Part shown: piece after piece, positions 59,181 to 64,000 of the stretch
Layout: the number at the start of each line of letters is the position of its first letter
Position numbering within the stretch: the first letter of the stretch is position 1
Assembly: GCA_045635645.1 (NCBI GenBank)
Contig: JAZTWB010000036.1
Location: 5,965 to 69,964, forward strand
Length of the DNA stretch: 64,000 nt
DNA from: Faecousia sp.
GTDB taxonomy: Bacteria; Bacillota; Clostridia; Oscillospirales; Oscillospiraceae
Direction of reading: 5' to 3'
Position numbers and translations under genes: made by a program
The notes under the pieces: generated by a model
Seen by the model: the letters and a program-made list of their open reading frames with translations, nothing else
Told to the model about the DNA's origin: nothing
Database searches by the model: none

Positions 59181-59300
59181 ATGAAGCTTTTTGAGACCCC
59201 TGATGTTAAGGTGATTAAGTTCGCTATTGAGGACGTTATCACCGTTTCCGGCGGCGAACAAGAGACTACTGGTCCCTACGATCAGTATTGCGTCGGCTAA
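59181..59300 (+). CDS. 39-aa putative RiPP precursor MKLFETPDVKVIKFAIEDVITVSGGEQETTGPYDQYCVG
   Basis: Below the ORF-track cutoff; AAAGGAGG RBS; FxxPxV leader-like motif; directly upstream of a radical SAM/SPASM gene. Confidence 0.8.
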   Translation: MKLFETPDVKVIKFAIEDVITVSGGEQETTGPYDQYCVG

Positions 59301-59320
59301 TCAACTGAGTCATTGACCGG

Positions 59321-59348
59321 GGCCGGTGGAGCTTTCGCTCCACCGGCC
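59321..59348 (+). other. GC-rich stem-loop between precursor and radical SAM gene
   Basis: GGCCGGTGGAGC-TTTC-GCTCCACCGGCC, no U-tract. Confidence 0.75.
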
Positions 59349-59368
59349 AAACCTTAAGGAGATTTAGA

Positions 59369-60466
59369 ATGAAGAACAAGGCATTTCAAGAGCTAAAAAG
59401 GAAATTGATGCAGTCAGCAATCAAAACACGTACACCCATTGGCGGTGTGTTTGAGTTGACACCCAGATGCAACTTAGACTGCAAAATGTGCTATGTTCAC
59501 AACGCGAATTCAAATGCCTTGCGAGAGAAAGAATTGCCCACAGAAATATGGAAGCGGATATTTGATGAGGCATACGAGCTTGGCTTGCTGTATGCCACAC
59601 TCACCGGAGGCGAGTGCTTGCTTCGCTCCGATTTCAAGGAGCTATACCTACATCTGTGGAAGAAACGTGTAAATGTGTCTGTATTGACCAATGGCGTGCT
59701 GATAAATGAAGAATATATTGATTTCTTTAAGCGATATATGCCGGACCATATTCAAATTTCTTTGTATGGAAGCTGTGAGGAAGGATACCTGAATGTTACG
59801 GGACATCGCGGATTTGAGAAGGTGGTTTCCGCCATACGCGGTCTGGAGGATGCCGGCATTGATGTGCGTGTAACCATTACCCCCAGCAGCTATATTCGGG
59901 ATGATTATATGAAGACGGTGCGCTTCGTGAAAGAGAATGGATTTAATCTGGGAAATACAGAGATGTATCTGATTTCTAACAGAGACAATCCTGAGAAGGC
60001 AGATTATTACTTAACAGAAGAAGAGATTTTCGAGCTGACTAAAGAAAAGGCGCAGATGAATGGGGAAATATGTCCTGTTCTTGATGTGCCACCGATTTGT
60101 GGACCGATGACTATGCCGCCGAAGAAAGGAATGACCTGCTCGGCCGGAAATTGTGTTGCTTTGGTCACGTGGGAAGGGAAAATGCACCCCTGTGTGAACG
60201 CAATGATTGGTGGTGCGAATGTTCTGGAGGTTGGTTATGCGGAAGCGTGGCGACAGACAGTAGAGGTAGCAGCACAGGTTGTCCACGGCGCGGAATGTGT
60301 GGGCTGTCCTTATGATAAGACCTGCCCGAAATGTCCTGCAATGCGGCTAACCGGCCTGCATACCGGGCATTGTAAGCCTGAGGTTTGCGAGTTGACCCGG
60401 CGGCTGGTAGCCGCAGGCGCGAAAAAGTTAGAGCCGATTGAAAAAGCGATAACTGATATAAATTGA
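59369..60466 (+). CDS. Radical SAM/SPASM domain protein (probable peptide maturase)
   Basis: ELTPRCNLDCKMC (CxxxCxxC), LTGGE, LTNG, ISLYG; SPASM CSAG..GKMHPC..CVGC..CPKCP..C..C. Confidence 0.92.
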   Translation: MKNKAFQELKRKLMQSAIKTRTPIGGVFELTPRCNLDCKMCYVHNANSNALREKELPTEIWKRIFDEAYELGLLYATLTGGECLLRSDFKELYLHLWKKRVNVSVLTNGVLINEEYIDFFKRYMPDHIQISLYGSCEEGYLNVTGHRGFEKVVSAIRGLEDAGIDVRVTITPSSYIRDDYMKTVRFVKENGFNLGNTEMYLISNRDNPEKADYYLTEEEIFELTKEKAQMNGEICPVLDVPPICGPMTMPPKKGMTCSAGNCVALVTWEGKMHPCVNAMIGGANVLEVGYAEAWRQTVEVAAQVVHGAECVGCPYDKTCPKCPAMRLTGLHTGHCKPEVCELTRRLVAAGAKKLEPIEKAITDIN

Positions 60467-60472
60467 AAACAA

Positions 60473-60536
60473 TAAGCTCCACATCGTAAAGATGTGGAGC
60501 TTTTACCTCAAGACCCCCTTGCCTAAAGGGGGCTTT
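60473..60536. terminator. Tandem hairpins between convergent genes
   Basis: AAGCTCCACATC-GTAAA-GATGTGGAGCTTTT and a second CCCCTT/AAGGGG stem. Confidence 0.75.
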
Positions 60537-61489
60537 TAATTTACTGTATTGACCGGCTTGCCGGTCAGGAAGGCGCGGATGCTGGAGACGGTGCAGTCTA
60601 AAATCCGCTGACGGCTTTCCGTGGGCGCCCAGGCCATATGGGGCGTGATGATGCAATTGGGCGCAGACAGCAGGGGATTTTCCGCCCGGATCGGCTCCCG
60701 GCTGACCACGTCCACCGCCGCGCCGCTGAGCTTGCCGGCGGCAAGAGCGTCGGCTACCGCCTGCTCGTCCAAAAGAGCGCCCCGGGCGGTGTTCAGCAAA
60801 ATCGCCCCGTCCTTCATTTTTGCCAAGGTCTCGCTGCCAATCAGTCCGGTGGTTTCGTCGGTCAGCGGGCAGTGGAGAGAAACAATGTCGGATTTTTTCA
60901 GTAGGGTGTCCAAATCCACGTATGCGCCGATTTTCTCCCCCTCGGGATGCCGGCTGCGGCTGTAGGCAAGAACATCCATTCCCATCGCTGCGGCAATTCT
61001 GCCCACGGCTCTGCCTATGCGACCAAAGCCGATGATGCCGATGGTTTTGCCGGCAAGCTCCATTTGGGGCGTGTTCCAGAAACAAAAATCGGGGCAGGCT
61101 GTCCACTGCCCCTCGTGGACTGCCCTGTCGTGGAGACCAACCCGGTTGCACAGCTCCAGCAGCAGGGAAAAGGTAAACTGCGCCACCGCGTTGGTGCCGT
61201 AATCCGGCACGTTGCACACGGGAATCCCCCGCTTGCGGGCAGCCTCACAGTCCACCACGTTGTAACCTGTTGCCAGCACGCACACAAGGCGCAGCTTGGG
61301 ACATTTGGTAAGCAGCTCCTCGGTGATGGGGGTTTTGTTGGTCATAACAATGTCCGCATCCCCAATCCGCTCCGCCGCCTGGGCGTAGCGGGTGCGCCCG
61401 TATACGGTCACTTCGCCAAACTGCCGGAAGCAGTCCCAACTGAGGTCGCCGGGGTTGACTGCGTTGCCGTCTAAAATCACGATTTTCAT
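60536..61489 (-). CDS. D-2-hydroxyacid dehydrogenase (glycerate dehydrogenase-like)
   Basis: MKIVILDG..NPGDL, ATGYN, GIIGFGRIG, SLHCPL, NTARG, TPHMAW. Confidence 0.93.
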   Translation of the reverse strand: MKIVILDGNAVNPGDLSWDCFRQFGEVTVYGRTRYAQAAERIGDADIVMTNKTPITEELLTKCPKLRLVCVLATGYNVVDCEAARKRGIPVCNVPDYGTNAVAQFTFSLLLELCNRVGLHDRAVHEGQWTACPDFCFWNTPQMELAGKTIGIIGFGRIGRAVGRIAAAMGMDVLAYSRSRHPEGEKIGAYVDLDTLLKKSDIVSLHCPLTDETTGLIGSETLAKMKDGAILLNTARGALLDEQAVADALAAGKLSGAAVDVVSREPIRAENPLLSAPNCIITPHMAWAPTESRQRILDCTVSSIRAFLTGKPVNTVN

Positions 61490-61546
61490 AGGTATTCTCC
61501 CTTGCAATGTCAGGATTTGTTTGCTAAAATGGAAAAGAGGTGTGCT

Positions 61547-62176
61547 ATGGAAATTTTGTATGTTGATTCGGATATTGTGGTCTGCGTGAAGCCGCCCCGG
61601 GTGCTGTCCACCGACGAGCCGGGGGGTATGCCCGATATGGTGCGGCAGGCGCTGGGGACGGAGGATGTGCGCACCGTCCACCGCTTGGACCGGGTGGTTT
61701 CCGGTCTGATGGTGCTGGCGCGTTCCGCGGACGCGGCGGCAGAGCTTTCCCGGCAGATTCGGGAACAGACCTTCGAAAAAGAGTATATGGCTGTGGCCCA
61801 CGGTCACCCGGAGCAGCAGTCCGGGCAGCTGCGGGACTTGCTGTTGCGGGACAAGCAGGAGCGAAAGACCTATATTGTGCAGCAGCCCGGTAAGGGTGTG
61901 CAGGAGGCAATTCTCACCTATCAGGTGCAGGCGCAAACCGAGGCGCTGACCCAAGTGCGGATTCAGCTGCAGACCGGCAGAACACACCAGATTCGCGCCC
62001 AGTTTTCCGGGCGGGGAATGCCCCTTGTGGGCGATAGAAAGTATAGCCTCTTAGAGGATGATTGCGAGATTGCCCTGTGGTCCTATCGGCTGGCGTTTTG
62101 TCATCCGTCCACCGGCAAGGAAATGGAATTTATACTTCCTCCGCCCGGGGAGTATCCCTGGTCGGAGCTTGCTTAA
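61547..62176 (+). CDS. RluA family RNA pseudouridine synthase
   Basis: VKPP, HRLDRVVSG, TGRTHQIR, LVGDRKY. Confidence 0.92.
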   Translation: MEILYVDSDIVVCVKPPRVLSTDEPGGMPDMVRQALGTEDVRTVHRLDRVVSGLMVLARSADAAAELSRQIREQTFEKEYMAVAHGHPEQQSGQLRDLLLRDKQERKTYIVQQPGKGVQEAILTYQVQAQTEALTQVRIQLQTGRTHQIRAQFSGRGMPLVGDRKYSLLEDDCEIALWSYRLAFCHPSTGKEMEFILPPPGEYPWSELA

Positions 62177-62666
62177 AATCGAATTTATACATTGCAATCA
62201 GCAATGAGCCAAGGGTCAGCACATCGGTGATTGCCCCCGCCAGAGAGCCCACGGACAGGTTGTAGATAATCCACATAATGCACGACGGCAGGGTGATGAT
62301 GCGCAGCCATTTTTCGTTTTTGATGCCGTAGGAAACGGTGGTCAGCAGCTTTGAGCCGATGGGCAGCAGGCTGAACAGACCGTCAAAGGTAAAAAAGCCG
62401 GTAATGACCACAAACGCGCCGAAGCCGACAATCACCGGCAGGGTGGACAGATTCTTTTTTGCCCGGTGGACAAACAGCAAATTCCGCACCACCGACAGGC
62501 AGTCCAGCACCGCCGCCGTCCACGCGCCCAAAAGTACGTATTGCAAAGCAAAAAACAGTTCCGAGGTCATTTTGCACAGGACGATGCGCCGGTGGGTCTT
62601 AAACTGGAACGCAACAATGCTCATTGCCAGCCCTAAAAAGCCGATGAGCTGTATTATCAAAGCCAT
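62130..62666 (-). CDS. YgjV-like inner membrane protein
   Basis: QLIGFLG..AFQFK, QYVLLGAWT, RN, SLLP, WIIYN. Confidence 0.75.
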   Translation of the reverse strand: MALIIQLIGFLGLAMSIVAFQFKTHRRIVLCKMTSELFFALQYVLLGAWTAAVLDCLSVVRNLLFVHRAKKNLSTLPVIVGFGAFVVITGFFTFDGLFSLLPIGSKLLTTVSYGIKNEKWLRIITLPSCIMWIIYNLSVGSLAGAITDVLTLGSLLIAMYKFDFKQAPTRDTPRAEEV

Positions 62667-62748
62667 AAAAATCCTCTTTTCTTTCTTGACGGGATTCGGC
62701 TCACATTATACAATAAGAAAAGGAAAACGTCAATCGTGGGAGGGCGCT

Positions 62749-63012
62749 ATGGCAAATTACAGCTTCTTTCAAAATACTGCCTGTGAATATTTTCCCTGCC
62801 ATAAGGGCGCGGAGGGGGAGAATTTTAACTGCCTGTTCTGCTACTGCCCGCTCTATGCCTTGGGCGATGCCTGCGGCGGCAATTTCTCTTATACGGAGCA
62901 GGGCGTTAAGGATTGCAGCGGCTGCCTGATACCTCATAAGCGGGAGAATTATGAAAAGGTCCTTGCAAAAATGGACGGAATAATCGCCCTTGCCAAAAAA
63001 GAGGATTCTTGA
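62749..63012 (+). CDS. Cysteine-rich small domain protein
   Basis: FFQNTACEYFPCH, FNCLFCYCPLY, CGGNF, KDCSGCLIPH; GGAGG RBS. Confidence 0.88.
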   Translation: MANYSFFQNTACEYFPCHKGAEGENFNCLFCYCPLYALGDACGGNFSYTEQGVKDCSGCLIPHKRENYEKVLAKMDGIIALAKKEDS

Positions 63013-63037
63013 TTTTTGCAAGACGGTTTGCTATAAT
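63009..63037 (+). promoter_or_regulatory. Sigma-A promoter of the tRNA locus
   Basis: TTGATT-17 bp-TATAAT with extended TG. Confidence 0.65.
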
Positions 63038-63050
63038 AAAGCGGTTATAT

Positions 63051-63192
63051 GGAGACGTATCGAAGTGGGGAGCGAAACGAGCGCTGCCGGTGGCAGAGCA
63101 AGCGAGTTGAGCGAGTGGCAGCGGTCGATAAAATCGAGGAAAAGCGTAAGCCCGAAGATTTTATCGGGCACCGCAACAGGACATAACGGGGC
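63051..63192 (+). pseudogene. Duplicated tRNA-Ser 5' fragment interrupted in the D-loop by a structured insert
   Basis: GGAGACGTATCGAAGTGG (63051-63068) and CATAACGGGGC (63182-63192) match the downstream tRNA, separated by an insert at 63069-63180. Confidence 0.75.
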
Positions 63193-63230
63193 AAGCCCCA
63201 CTTAGAAAGACAAATGAAAAATGTATATCT

Positions 63231-63319
63231 GGAGACGTATCGAAGTGGTCATAACGGGGCTGACACGAAATCAGTTTGCCGGCAACGGCCCGTGGGTTCG
63301 AATCCCCCCGTCTCCGCCA
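63231..63319 (+). tRNA. tRNA-Ser(CGA)
   Basis: Acceptor GGAGACG/CGTCTCC, G73, encoded CCA, long variable arm, GGTTCGAATCC, anticodon loop CACGAAA. Confidence 0.88.
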
Positions 63320-63325
63320 AATAAG

Positions 63326-63350
63326 CGACCCACCCCTTTGGGGGTGGGTC
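63326..63350. terminator. Hairpin terminator between tRNA and SLH gene
   Basis: CGACCCACCCC-TTT-GGGGTGGGTCG. Confidence 0.7.
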
Positions 63351-63359
63351 GGTTGTATT

Positions 63360-64000
63360 TTACTGCTGCATACGCAGAACTGCCATACCCGGCGCATCCT
63401 GCGCCAGCTGGTTTACCTGATATAGCACCTGCGCCACGTCAGCGCGGGTCAAAGGCGCATTGGCGCTGAAGGTCACGCCGTACTCTGCCATCACCGTCAG
63501 ACTGGCGGCGGCCCAGGAGGGAATGTCCTCCTGCACGGCGGTCTGCTGCGCTGCCAGGACATCGCTGCTGACCGTCAAATCCAGCGCGTTCTGCAGCATT
63601 ACCGCGGCTTCTGCGCCGGTGATGGGGGTGTCCATAGCGGCGGTGTCTTCCCAGTTTGCCATCAGACCGCTGCGCTGGGCGGCAGCCAGATAGGGCTTCA
63701 GCCACTGGGGTGTGCCGGCGGGCAGCTGGGCGCTGTCAGTATCCTCCAGAGGAATATCCAGCACCTTCACCACCATCGCCAGAAACTCTCCCCGGCTGAC
63801 GGTCTTTTCGGGGTAGAAGCAGGCGTTGCCGCCTACCTGTTCACCCACAAACAAGCCGGTGTTGCGCAGCCATTCCGCCTCAAACCGGCAGGTGTGACCA
63901 ATGGTGTCGGCGTACTGACGGGCATCGGTGGGCTTTAGAATCTGCACAGTCACCGTAGCCACCCGGGAGACGTTGCCTGCAGGGTCAGTGGCGGTGTAGG
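63360..64000 (-). CDS. S-layer homology (SLH) domain protein, 5'-truncated by the window edge
   Basis: FYPEKTVSRGEFL, PITGAEAAVML, DIPSWA, PLTRADVAQVLY. Confidence 0.8.
   Translation of the reverse strand, partial: YTATDPAGNVSRVATVTVQILKPTDARQYADTIGHTCRFEAEWLRNTGLFVGEQVGGNACFYPEKTVSRGEFLAMVVKVLDIPLEDTDSAQLPAGTPQWLKPYLAAAQRSGLMANWEDTAAMDTPITGAEAAVMLQNALDLTVSSDVLAAQQTAVQEDIPSWAAASLTVMAEYGVTFSANAPLTRADVAQVLYQVNQLAQDAPGMAVLRMQQ

Noticed and set aside
59181-59300. Lasso peptide interpretation of the precursor
   Set aside because: The leader looks lasso-like, but the predicted core has no Asp/Glu at positions 7-9 and no lasso cyclase or B2 protease is nearby.
62130-62176. 47-bp 3' overlap of the RluA and YgjV-like genes
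   Set aside because: Short convergent overlaps are common, and the overlapping tail looks like a simple stop-codon extension.
63051-63319. Prophage/ICE attachment site at tRNA-Ser
   Set aside because: The duplicated part is the 5' end, lies only 180 bp away, and no integrase is present.

Overview
A 64-kb chromosomal window from a moderately GC-rich Clostridia genome, probably Oscillospiraceae/Ruminococcaceae-like (inferred from gene content). It is probably near the origin, since parA is preceded by two perfect parS palindromes. It holds hflK/hflC, a ~14-kb surface-polysaccharide locus (priming transferase, three glycosyltransferases, Wzy, rmlABDC, Wzx, LicD, HTH-LicC), secA, tcdA, two chromate transporters, a Spo0A-like paralogue, lgt, two M16 peptidases, prmA, metVF, ruvCAB, mtaB, rsmG, an opp operon, a ~2520-aa secreted modular protein, a radical SAM/SPASM enzyme and tRNA-Ser(CGA). 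Four signals stand out. (1) An unannotated 39-aa RiPP-like precursor (59181-59300) lies between the giant protein and the radical SAM gene, and the low-GC composition of the cassette already starts inside the giant protein's C-terminal domain. (2) A four-helix-bundle (IVP/Avd-like) gene sits between ruvA and ruvB, bracketed by inverted AATTGAC heptamer arrays, with three more arrays at nearby gene ends. (3) A duplicated tRNA-Ser 5' fragment has its D-loop interrupted by a 112-nt structured insert. (4) Two copies of a ~275-bp MITE-like element with covarying terminal repeats each sit in the loop of a terminator. No CRISPR array, rRNA, transposase or prophage was seen. All family calls come from motif recognition, not database searches.
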